From: an uncultured Gemmatimonadales bacterium
Lineage (GTDB): Bacteria > Gemmatimonadota > Gemmatimonadetes > Gemmatimonadales > GWC2-71-9
Length of the DNA: 64,000 nucleotides
Assembly (NCBI GenBank): GCA_963821525.1
Contig: CAWGED010000004.1
Span: 64,001 to 128,000, forward strand
Direction: 5' to 3'
Shown: in pieces, positions 10,801-18,328 of the stretch
Layout of the letters: every line of letters begins with the position of its first letter
Numbering within the stretch: position 1 is the first letter of the stretch
Translations under genes and position numbers: made by a program
The notes under the pieces: model-generated
Seen by the model: only the letters and a program-made list of their open reading frames with translations
Databases searched by the model: none
What the model was told of the DNA's origin: nothing

Positions 10801-11039
10801 TCGACGAGGCTACCAGCGCGCTCGACGCCGAATCGGAACGCGCGGTAAAGGAGAACATCGATCAGCTGCTCGAGGGGCGCACCTCGTTCGTGATCGCCCA
10901 CCGGCTCAGCACCGTGCGCGATGCCGACGTGATCCTGGTGCTGGAGAAGGGCCGGCTGGTCGAGAGTGGCACCCATGATGATCTGATGAATCGCCAGGGG
11001 CTCTACTACTTCCTGGTCAGCCAGCAGTTGGGACTGTGA
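7860..11039 (+). CDS. Peptidase C39-containing ABC exporter (PCAT) with two N-terminal cNMP-binding domains
   Basis: Two CAP-like domains (IVQEGDASDALYVLVSG..GETFGE; VIREGDPPGPMYIIEEG..GEFFGE). C39 catalytic residues present (QIDEMDCGAA, HWDGNHWVV, VSDP). TM domain, Walker A GRSGCGKT, LSGGQKQR, DEATSALD. Alternative GTG start at 7836. Confidence 0.95.
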   Translation: MDTDSLDAVLQSLPVLGGLPHDVREIVVASFVPASYTFGQAIVQEGDASDALYVLVSGRVRMVKRGENGDEISLGALRPGETFGEGGFSDHTVHPATVRASGDVEVVRLDRSVFDALLRRRPEVRQFFELQSRLRNLQFFFRQFTVFAKLPPEALNDLLANLEPIEYRKGDVVIREGDPPGPMYIIEEGRCRIHVGVDGRRRNVAFLRRGEFFGELSVIRDVPRDSTVEAVTQCRLLRLTRETYQELLEQHQAFRDEIEGRVAQYDFMHTAQIPIDMFREMLPADASVLSKVGDDQVDQDLTRMWAIPPRPEPAQAGAEPAPAPEPEVAPFADDEGRFVKRKKRIRKFPHVLQIDEMDCGAASLAIVCRHYGKAVSLARIRQLSHTSLDGTSLRAICQSATELGLAARAVKASVTNLAQMPLPAIVHWDGNHWVVLYDVDETHVRVSDPSSGRRRLTRADFEAKWSGYAALFDYTTEFEKNKETKLGIAWLLPFFKPHRALLLQAVGLALIVSLLQMVIPVFTQVIVDRVLVERDLNLLNILIAGMGGVIVFTLLATVIQRYLLSFAAVRVDSATLDFLTRRLLSLPMNYFNTRRTGDIQRRLQGIWLVREFLVEHGVAGLTATAQLLASVGLMLVYSPLLTLVFLSTVPLFVLLMRYSSSWLFPLYSELEESHGKYQSFQIDAIKGIETVKSLGAESAFRDLMLAQFNGVARKRFKADFTLMTYNGSIYTVTLLSVVLFLMVGAYQVMNGRLSIGGLVAFNSLVALANAPLLTLLTLWDNLQQATVYLNRLDDIFQQEPEQGEDRSRLLPVKSLEGRISLRHLGFRYGGPESPPILDDITFDVPPNTMVAIVGRSGCGKTTLIKCLAGLLEPTEGTILYDGVDLKSLNYRDLRRKIGFVLQENHLFDDSIARNIGFGEEEPDFDDVMWAAQTANAREFIERLPMGYDTRIGESGIGLSGGQKQRIAIARAIYTRPPVLIFDEATSALDAESERAVKENIDQLLEGRTSFVIAHRLSTVRDADVILVLEKGRLVESGTHDDLMNRQGLYYFLVSQQLGL

Positions 11040-11049
11040 GTCAATTCAC

Positions 11050-11128
11050 GAATGGCAGAATGGAGGAATGGCGGAATGAGTCGTCAGCGCGCGCACCACC
11101 ATTCCGCCATTCCGCCATTCACTCATTC
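11050..11128. repeat. Inverted 8-nt tandem repeat hairpin (GGAATGGC)n / (CATTCCGC)n
   Basis: Seen directly between the ABC exporter and hlyD. Confidence 0.85.
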
Positions 11129-11141
11129 GACCATTTGAGAG

Positions 11142-12356
11142 ATGCCCGACGAATCCGCTCAACCCTACCTCGACACCACACCACCCCACTGGGTGGCGCG
11201 GGGGTTGGCGCACGTCATCATCGCCGCCTTTGCGCTGACTCTGGTAGCGGCGGTTCTGGTGAAGGTGCCCGAGACAGTCTCGGGACCTTTTACCCTGGTG
11301 CCGATCCGGGGAACCGATCCGGTACGGGCGGTGAAGAGCGGGGTGCTGGTCGAGGTGCGCGTCGCCGAAGGCGACAACGTGACCCGCGGCTCGACCCTCT
11401 TCCTCCTCCGCTCTGCCAGCATGAGCGATCGGGCGGCGGACCGGCTCACGCTCGAAAGCCAGTTGCGGGCTAATGAGCAGCGGCTGACCATCCTCAAGAG
11501 CCAGTATGACACCCGCAAGCGCTCGGATGAGGCAGAGGGGCGGCGGCTGCAGAACCGGATCCAGTTTCTCGAGGGGCTGATCACCTCCAAGAGCAAGCGC
11601 TTGGCCCTCACGAAGATGCTGGCAGATAGCTCCTCTTCCGGCGCCAAGCGGGGAGCAATCGGCCAACTCGAAGCGAGCAGGTTGGAGCTGGAATACAGCA
11701 CCCTCCAGGAAGAGGTTGACGGGGCGCGGAACGATCTCGCCGAGGCGAGATCCGACATTACCAGGCTGGAGGAGGACGGCAAGGCGAGGGACCTGGAATA
11801 CGAAGAGACCCGGCGAGGCCTTACCGAAGCCATCGAGGCCGGCCGGATCCGGGCCACGTCTCTCCAGCGGGATCTGGTCAATGCCACGGAGGGCGGCTTC
11901 TCGGTGATGGCCCCTTGCGACGGTGCGGTGCTGCGGTTGCACGTCAATGCGCCCGGGGCGGTGGTGCAGGAAGGGGACATTCTGAGCGAGATGGGTTGCG
12001 CCGGAGACCGCCTCCGGGGTGAGCTGCTCGTTCCGGAAGCCGGAGTTGCCCAGATTCGGCCGGGTCAGGGGGTCAAGCTCCGCTACGACGCCTTCCCCTA
12101 TCAGCGCTATGGCGTGCGGTTTGCCACCGTACGATGGCTGGGACCCGCCGGGTCGACCGCCCGGGACAGCGGAGAATTCCGCGCCCTGGTCGATCTGGCC
12201 GACGATTCCATCCGGGTCCACGGCCAGCTGCAGGCCTTGCTGCCCGGCATGGGTGGGCGCGCCGATATCGTGGTCGGCAGGCGATCCCTGATGAGCTACG
12301 CCTTCGAGCCGATTCGCGCCTTGCGGGAAAACTTCGCGGAGCCACCCCCTCGATGA
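11142..12356 (+). CDS. HlyD-family membrane fusion protein
   Basis: N-terminal TM, lipoyl-like half motifs (VEVRVAEGDNV; APCDGAV), coiled coil, GQGVKLRYDAFPYQRYG, LLPGMGGRADIVVGRRSL. Confidence 0.93.
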   Translation: MPDESAQPYLDTTPPHWVARGLAHVIIAAFALTLVAAVLVKVPETVSGPFTLVPIRGTDPVRAVKSGVLVEVRVAEGDNVTRGSTLFLLRSASMSDRAADRLTLESQLRANEQRLTILKSQYDTRKRSDEAEGRRLQNRIQFLEGLITSKSKRLALTKMLADSSSSGAKRGAIGQLEASRLELEYSTLQEEVDGARNDLAEARSDITRLEEDGKARDLEYEETRRGLTEAIEAGRIRATSLQRDLVNATEGGFSVMAPCDGAVLRLHVNAPGAVVQEGDILSEMGCAGDRLRGELLVPEAGVAQIRPGQGVKLRYDAFPYQRYGVRFATVRWLGPAGSTARDSGEFRALVDLADDSIRVHGQLQALLPGMGGRADIVVGRRSLMSYAFEPIRALRENFAEPPPR

Positions 12357-13372
12357 ATGAACCTGGCGTCAACGGTGAACGCCAACGGGAGTGGCACCAC
12401 ACGCTCGAGGATTTCCAGAGCGACGACGAGCCCATGGCCACCTGCCTCGGGCTCGCCCGGATCGCGGCCCGTACCGAGCTGCCGATCCTCATCCTGGGAG
12501 AGACCGGCACCGGGAAGACCCTGCTCGCCCGGGCCGTTCACAACTCCTCCCGCCGCTCAACCCATCCCTTCATCGCCTTCAACTCCGCCGCCCTGAGCGA
12601 TACCCTCCTCGACAGCCAGCTGTTCGGCCATGAGAAGGGAGCCTTCACCGGCGCGATTCGGAGGGTCAAGGGGAAGTTCGAGCTGGCGGATCACGGGACG
12701 CTGTTCCTCGACGAGATCGCGGACATGAGCCCGGCGGCACAGGCCAAGATCCTGCGCGCCGTCGAGTATGGCGAATTCGAACGCCTCGGCAGCGAGCAAC
12801 TGCTCCAGGCCGATGTGCGGCTTATCTCGGCGACTCACCTGCCGCTGGCCCGTTATCTGGAGACCGACCACTTTCGGAAGGACCTGTTCTACCGGATCAG
12901 CGGGATCACCCTCAGGCTCCCTTCGCTGCGGCAACGCCCCAACGATCTCCGCACCATCATGGCCGCCGCGATCGCCACGGCCAGCGCGGCGCTCAACAAG
13001 TCGATCGTTGGGCTGAGCCGGCCCGCCGCTGACCGGCTCCTGAGCTATGACTGGCCGGGGAACCTTCGGGAACTCCAGCGGGTGATTCACACCGCCGTCG
13101 CGATCACCGAGGGTGAAGTGATCCCACCGGAGGCGATCCTCCTGGGAACCTCGGTGGAAGCGGTCCACGCCGAAGAAACCAACGGCACGGGAGACCACCC
13201 GACGCCGAGTTCCGCGCTCATTGCCGCTCCTCCTTCGGACCTCTCCCTCCGGGCCGCCGAGTTGCGGCACATCCATGCAGTCCTGGATTCCTATCACGGC
13301 AACAAGCGCCGGGCGGCCCGGGCCCTCGGCCTCTCTCGCTCCACCCTGGATCGGAAGCTTCACGGGGAGTGA
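12353..13372 (+). CDS. Sigma54-dependent enhancer-binding activator lacking an N-terminal regulatory domain
   Basis: ATGA overlap with hlyD. GETGTGKT, SQLFGHEKGAFTGA, FLDEI, FRKDLFYR, WPGNLREL, Fis-type HTH (GNKRRAARALGLSRSTL). Confidence 0.93.
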   Translation: MNEPGVNGERQREWHHTLEDFQSDDEPMATCLGLARIAARTELPILILGETGTGKTLLARAVHNSSRRSTHPFIAFNSAALSDTLLDSQLFGHEKGAFTGAIRRVKGKFELADHGTLFLDEIADMSPAAQAKILRAVEYGEFERLGSEQLLQADVRLISATHLPLARYLETDHFRKDLFYRISGITLRLPSLRQRPNDLRTIMAAAIATASAALNKSIVGLSRPAADRLLSYDWPGNLRELQRVIHTAVAITEGEVIPPEAILLGTSVEAVHAEETNGTGDHPTPSSALIAAPPSDLSLRAAELRHIHAVLDSYHGNKRRAARALGLSRSTLDRKLHGE

Positions 13373-13375
13373 GCC

Positions 13376-13411
13376 AGTCTCGTCCTGGGACTACGGTGCC
13401 ATGCTGGGACC
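13376..13411 (+). promoter_or_regulatory. Candidate activator binding site (UAS), copy 1
   Basis: AGTCTC-N5-GGGACT imperfect palindrome plus a second TGGGAC half-site, ~100-130 bp upstream of the -24 element; conserved in copy 2. Confidence 0.55.
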
Positions 13412-13504
13412 AACATTGGTTTCAGATTGGGCCCCTCAGCGCAGTCGCTCTCCAGCCTGATTCGGGAACTCGTGCTGCAGACTCAACTTGCAGTTTGGTT
13501 CAGT

Positions 13505-13522
13505 TGCGGCACGCCACCTGCC
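13505..13522 (+). promoter_or_regulatory. Sigma54 -24/-12 promoter, copy 1
   Basis: TGCGGCACGCCACCTGC = GGCACG start with exact GG-N10-GC spacing. Confidence 0.75.
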
Positions 13523-13603
13523 TAAGAAGCGGTCCATCAGGCCGGAGCCGCCGGCCGCGATCAACTCTCTGCTTCAACATCGCAAGTTCACTCAGGAGGA
13601 TGT

Positions 13604-13720
13604 ATGGCTGCCAAGAAGAGCCTCAAGGTCAAGGACCTTCCCCGCAAGGCAATCGACTCGAAGAAGGCGGCCAATGTGAAGGGTGGATACACGAAGTTTA
13701 CCAAGCCTCGCACGCCGTGA
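13604..13720 (+). CDS. Double-glycine leader peptide A1 (38 aa)
   Basis: AGGAGG RBS; MAAKKSLKVKDLPRKAIDSKKAANVKGG|YTKFTKPRTP; synonymous changes relative to A2. Confidence 0.88.
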   Translation: MAAKKSLKVKDLPRKAIDSKKAANVKGGYTKFTKPRTP

Positions 13721-13777
13721 AGAGCGAATCGATTGAAGCGTAGTGACCGGACGTATTTTCCCCCTCGAGGAGGAAGT

Positions 13778-13894
13778 ATGACGAGCAAGGACAAAGAAGT
13801 TCGCGATCTGCCCGAGCGTAAGATCCCCGACAACAAGGCGGATCAGGTCAAGGGCGGCGCCATTGCCACGGCGAAACCCAAGAACTCGCTGTAA
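13778..13894 (+). CDS. Double-glycine leader peptide B1 (38 aa)
   Basis: GAGGAGG RBS; MTSKDKEVRDLPERKIPDNKADQVKGG|AIATAKPKNSL. Confidence 0.88.
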   Translation: MTSKDKEVRDLPERKIPDNKADQVKGGAIATAKPKNSL

Positions 13895-13904
13895 GGCAGC
13901 CCAT

Positions 13905-13944
13905 CCAGCGATCCCCGTTTGGCCACCCCGACGGGGATCGCCGG
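13905..13944 (+). other. Strong intergenic hairpin without U-tract
   Basis: GCGATCCCCGT...ACGGGGATCGC; same stem at 14953-14992. Confidence 0.75.
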
Positions 13945-13970
13945 CCCTCTGATCAAACAGGAACTGGCCC

Positions 13971-14108
13971 ATGACACCCCAGCAGGACCGTAAAGCCCAA
14001 AAGGATGAGAGAGCCGCCGATGAGGTGATTCGGCTGGAAGATCTCGCGCCGCGCGGGGACATCAAAGGCGGAGCCAAGCTTCGCTTCGGCGAAGCGGCGG
14101 CGAAGTAA
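13971..14108 (+). CDS. Double-glycine leader peptide C1 (45 aa)
   Basis: AGGA RBS; MTPQQDRKAQKDERAADEVIRLEDLAPRGDIKGG|AKLRFGEAAAK. Confidence 0.8.
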   Translation: MTPQQDRKAQKDERAADEVIRLEDLAPRGDIKGGAKLRFGEAAAK

Positions 14109-14160
14109 CCGCGCGGACACTCTTCGGGCGGTTGATCTTCCAGGGAAGGAACCTCAGCCA

Positions 14161-14256
14161 TCAGCGACTCGCGGTGAGTCGCGTGAGTGCCCGCGCGGCT
14201 GCCGCACGACGCAGTATCAGCAGGGAATCAGCCTTCTCCCACGCCCGCACTACCTC
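14161..14256 (-). pseudogene. Duplicated 3' fragment of the BTAD/TPR regulator
   Basis: Matches 15206-15300 (VVRAWEKADSLLI..RAxAARALTRLTASR*). Confidence 0.85.
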
Positions 14257-14412
14257 TCCCTTCGAAATTTCCCCGAATAGCTGATTGCGGTGCGGCGCCC
14301 AATAAATCCATCCTCAGGCTGAACCGACCGGCTGGCCCGTGGCCTCGTCCTCCCGCTCCACCCTCGACCGCAAGCTTCACGGGGATAACCGACGCGGAGT
14401 CCGGAGTCTTGC

Positions 14413-14449
14413 AGTCTCGTCCTGAGACTACGGGCCCGATGTTGGGACC
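14413..14449 (+). promoter_or_regulatory. Candidate activator binding site (UAS), copy 2
   Basis: Perfect AGTCTC-N5-GAGACT palindrome plus a TGGGAC half-site. Confidence 0.55.
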
Positions 14450-14547
14450 AGCGTTGGTTTCAGATTCGAACCGCCAGCTCCAACCGAGATCGGGCGCTCA
14501 GGACGGGAAGTGAGGATCACTGACTTGACTTGCGATTTCCTCTCCGG

Positions 14548-14565
14548 TGCGGCACGCGGTCTGCT
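14548..14565 (+). promoter_or_regulatory. Sigma54 -24/-12 promoter, copy 2
   Basis: TGCGGCACGCGGTCTGCT; GG-N10-GC retained while the spacer has diverged. Confidence 0.78.
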
Positions 14566-14647
14566 TTAGAAGCGGTCACAAGGCCGGAGCCGCCGGCCGA
14601 GAGCAACTCTCCCGCTCCAACCCGCAGTTCAAATTTCAGGAGGATGT

Positions 14648-14764
14648 ATGGCCGCCAAGAAGAGCCCCAAGGTTAAGGATCTGCCCCGGAAGGCGATTGA
14701 CCCCAAGAAGGCGGCCAACGTCAAGGGTGGATTGATCCAGCGGCAGAAGCCCCGCAAGCCGTAA
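14648..14764 (+). CDS. Double-glycine leader peptide A2 (38 aa)
   Basis: MAAKKSPKVKDLPRKAIDPKKAANVKGG|LIQRQKPRKP; AGGAGG RBS. Confidence 0.88.
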   Translation: MAAKKSPKVKDLPRKAIDPKKAANVKGGLIQRQKPRKP

Positions 14765-14824
14765 TAACTGAGCGACCGACTGTAGCGAAGTGACCGGACG
14801 TATTTTCCCCCTCGAGGAGGAAGT

Positions 14825-14941
14825 ATGACGAGCAAGGACAAGGAAGTTCGCGATCTGCCCGAGCGTAAGATCCCCAACACGAAGGCGGATCAGGTCAAGG
14901 GCGGCTCCGTTGCGACGACGCTGAAGAAGCCGACCCGGTAA
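14825..14941 (+). CDS. Double-glycine leader peptide B2 (38 aa)
   Basis: MTSKDKEVRDLPERKIPNTKADQVKGG|SVATTLKKPTR; GAGGAGG RBS. Confidence 0.88.
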   Translation: MTSKDKEVRDLPERKIPNTKADQVKGGSVATTLKKPTR

Positions 14942-15018
14942 GGCAAACCCTTCCAGCGATCCCCGTTGGCCACTTCCGACGGGGATCGCCGGCCCTCCGA
15001 TCAAGTAGGATCTGGCGT

Positions 15019-15180
15019 ATGACACCCCAGAACCGTAAACCCCAGAAGGAAGAGAAAGCCGCCGATGATGTCATTCGGCTGGAGGATCTCGCGCCTCGCG
15101 GGGACATAAAAGGCGGAGCCAAGCTTCGCTTCGGTGAATCGACAGCGAAAAAGCCGCGCGGTCGCTCCCTGGGAGGCTGA
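15019..15180 (+). CDS. Double-glycine leader peptide C2 (53 aa)
   Basis: MTPQNRKPQKEEKAADDVIRLEDLAPRGDIKGG|AKLRFGESTAKKPRGRSLGG. Confidence 0.8.
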   Translation: MTPQNRKPQKEEKAADDVIRLEDLAPRGDIKGGAKLRFGESTAKKPRGRSLGG

Positions 15181-15205
15181 TTTCCAGGGAGGGAAACCCG
15201 GCCGA

Positions 15206-18191
15206 TCAGCGACTCGCAGTGAGTCGCGTGAGCGCCCGCGCGGCACCCGCTCTCCGCGGTATCAATAGCGAATCAGCCTTCTCCCACGCCCGCACCACCT
15301 GGCGGTAATGCGCTGCCGCGCTGTCTCTTCCGCCGGCTGCTTCCCATGCCTCGCCCAGTCGTTCATGCAGGTCGGTCCGCGTCACATAGAGATTCCCGCC
15401 TTCGAAACTTCCGCGAATCGCCGCCTGCAGGATCGGAATTGCGTCCTTGGGCCGTTTGAGCCGCAACCAGATTGCTGCCAGCTCATAGTTGGTCCGGCTG
15501 AACCCGTCGCTCGGCGAGGTCATCGCCTTTTCGAACGCCTGAGCCGCCTCATATGAGAATCCCCGAGACGCGAGCAACAACCCACGGATGTGGTAGTGCA
15601 ACCGCGCATCCCGGGCAAAACCGCTCGCCTCGGCCAGAGTACGGACAGAATCGGCCAGGACGCTGAGCCGGATGGTATCACCCATCGCAGCAAGCGCGTC
15701 GGCCATGTGGGTCCAGGCCCAGACCCGGTTCCGGGCCAGCGCCGAAGGATCCTCAAACCCGGAAGTGGATTTCGCGATCGAATCGAAGAGGGCAGCCGAC
15801 GCCTGATACTGCCCGCGGTCGAACAGCACCTGGGCCTCGAGGTAGGCACTGGTCGGCGCGCTGCCGGGTGGAGTGGGCTCCGCAAGGTCCCGCCGGTAGC
15901 GGTCTGCTAAATCCAGCGCTTCGGTGTATCGCCCTTCCTGCCGCAGTACGTTGGCCAGCTGCCAGCCCGCTTCCAGCCGGGTCTTGGGCGGCCCGCTCTG
16001 CAGCTCCACCCGCATGATCTGCTCCGCCTCGCCATAGGCGCCGGTGAAGAGATGGATGGCCATGAGAGTGTGGGCAGACTGGAAGCCGTCCGACCCGAGT
16101 GAATCGGCCACATGGAGGGCCGCGAGCGAACTGTCGGCCCAACCGCGCTGGGCCAGGACATTGGCATAGTATCGCCAGGCCTGTGCGGAGCCGGGTTGGA
16201 GCCGGGTCCAGAGTCGCGCGACGCCAAGCGCTCCGGCGATCGAATCGGCCATCAGGTACGACTCGCTGAGCGCCACCAGGCCCTCGCAGGCCATACAGCG
16301 CGGGCTGCGCCCCACCAGACCGAGAGAGTCCCGCGCGATCACTTCGTTCAATGGCTCCCGGGCACCGGCCCAATCGAGAGCCAGCAGCGCACCCTGCCCC
16401 GTGTACAGATACCCTTCGAGCTCCGAGGGATAGCGGACGGTAAGCGTCTCAGCGATGGCACGAAGCGCCGGCGACGAGTTGGCCAGGGCCCAGCTCGCCC
16501 CGATGAGGAGGCGCTCCCGGTCGCTGGCGCCCGCAGACAGGCTCACCGCCCGGCGGAGCCTGCGGAAGTATTCCGTGCGAGTCCCGGCTGAACTGTTGGC
16601 GTAATAGAACTGCGCCATCGCAAACGCAGAATCCTCCTTAAGAGCCTTGGCGAAGAGCTGCTCGGCCTGAGGAAGATTGCTCGCGAAATAGGTTCGGAGT
16701 CCCTCCTCGTAATAGCGATACGCCGCCACCGACCGGGTGGAGACACTGGCCAGCGAGCCCTCTGGAGCGCTGGCACCCAGATCCTGCGCCAGCCGCCGTG
16801 TCCCGGTATCGGCCAGTGCAAAGAGATCGTTCCCCTGAACGGTGTACGCCTGCAGCACCGCGCCGCTTCCCAAGTCTACTCGGCGGAGATCGAGCCTTAG
16901 CTTGTCCGGGCCCACCTGATAGAGAGCGCCGTCCACCAGCTCATTCGCGCCGGCCTTTCGAGCCGCCTCGACGACGACAGCGGCCGTGTCTCCTCCCGTC
17001 GCGAGCTGGCGGAGCAGCTCGTACATCCGGGCGCTGCTTACCACCTGCACACCGCTGGCGCGGGCCAGGTTGGTCGCCAGCATGTCGGAGAGCGGCAATC
17101 CGGCGACCGGCTTTCCACCGGGCTTGGTGTAGTCGGTGATCCGGCCGACCGCGACCAGCGTCGAGGTGCCGGAGGAGGTCAGAGCACTTGCCCGATTCGC
17201 AGTGGCACCCCCTCCCGACGTCAGGCGGCGTCCCGCCAGCCATCCCACACCGAGCAGCACCGCGGCCACTACGGCGACCAGGCGGATACCATTTCTGCCC
17301 CGTGATCCGGCGACGCCGTATTGCGGGGACTTCGGGCCCCGTCGCCGAGCTGATTGCCGCCCACCCACTCGTATGCCTGGAACCGGTGACCGCTTCGCTG
17401 AGGAATTCAGTTGGTGATGTGGGTTCCGGAGGAGCGGGCGCGACTGGCGTGGCCACCGGCTTAAGTCCGGGATCGCTCCGGGCGACACGGCGCAGCTCCT
17501 CGGCTAAGGCGATCACTTCCCGGTCGGGTGGGAGATCAAGCTCCTGTTGCAGCAGGGCCTCGTAGACCTTCGCGTGCTGGAGTGCTGCGGCCTGATCACC
17601 CTGCGCCACGTGAGCCCGCATCAGGGCGACCGCGACCTTGGCATTGAGAGGATCCAGTCCCGCGAGCTTCTTGAACCAGCCTACAGCGGCACGATGGTCG
17701 CCCGCCGCGGTTGCGCGCTGGCCCAGCTGTTCGAGCAGGTCGCCGTATTCCCGAACCAGGGTCTGCCGTTCCTGCTCGCTCCAGCGCTCGAACTCCTCGG
17801 CGCCGGGGAGATGGAACCCGTCGAGGAAGGGGCCACGGTACAACTCGACCGCGCGCTCCAGCGCCCCGGCGGCCAGCGCCGCCCGGAATTCCACCACATC
17901 AGCAGAAATGATTTCGGGATTCAGCCGGAGGTCTTTGACCCCGAGAAAGGCCTCCTCGGAGCCGAGGTCCTGACGCAAGGCGTAGAGGGCCTGGGTCAGG
18001 GCGCGCCGGGCCCGCTCTTCGTCGGCGTCGGGCCAGAGGAAACCGATGATTTTGTCCCGGGTCAGTCCCCTCTCACCCGCCACACCCAGCATCGCCAGCA
18101 GGGCAAGACGGCGTGGCTGGGCCGCCGCCCCAGCCATCGGGCGTCCAGCCTGCGTGACGTAAAGTGCACCTAAGACATTGATGTAAAGCAA
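15206..18191 (-). CDS. Membrane-anchored SARP/BTAD transcriptional regulator with TolB-N-like and TPR extracytoplasmic region; frameshift near 17290
   Basis: N-terminal wHTH-BTAD (QPRRLALLAML, LYRGPFLDGF, EEFERW) in ORF 16941-18191; TM segment IRLVAVVAAVLLGVGWL and helical repeats in ORF 15206-17488. Confidence 0.85.
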
Positions 18192-18328
18192 GTTATGTCA
18201 GGTGACTTTCGAGTGATTTTTCCGCGTCCTGGGCGGGACTTCGCCGTGAGGGCGCTCTTTATACTAGGCCCCGTTGAAGCTGCCGGCAATGAACGGCAAA
18301 CGCGCAACCCAGCGAAGGAGAGGCTCCA

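Larger units (their letters stand above)
13310..14256 (+). repeat. Tandem duplication unit, copy 1 (approximate ends)
   Basis: Colinear with 14330-15300 from the activator 3' end to the BTAD gene 3' end. Confidence 0.9.
14330..15300 (+). repeat. Tandem duplication unit, copy 2 (approximate ends)
   Basis: Starts with a decayed copy of the activator HTH 3' end (STLDRKLHG) and ends within the BTAD gene. Confidence 0.9.

Noticed and set aside
13369..14735. Track ORFs 13369-13743, 13488-13679, 14187-14513, 14547-14735 and their antisense ORFs
   Set aside because: Off-frame relative to the RBS-led peptide genes, whose frames are supported by synonymous substitution patterns.
13310..15300. Possible CRISPR array or mobile element
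   Set aside because: Two ~1 kb coding duplicates; no short repeat-spacer periodicity, cas genes, transposase or terminal repeats.
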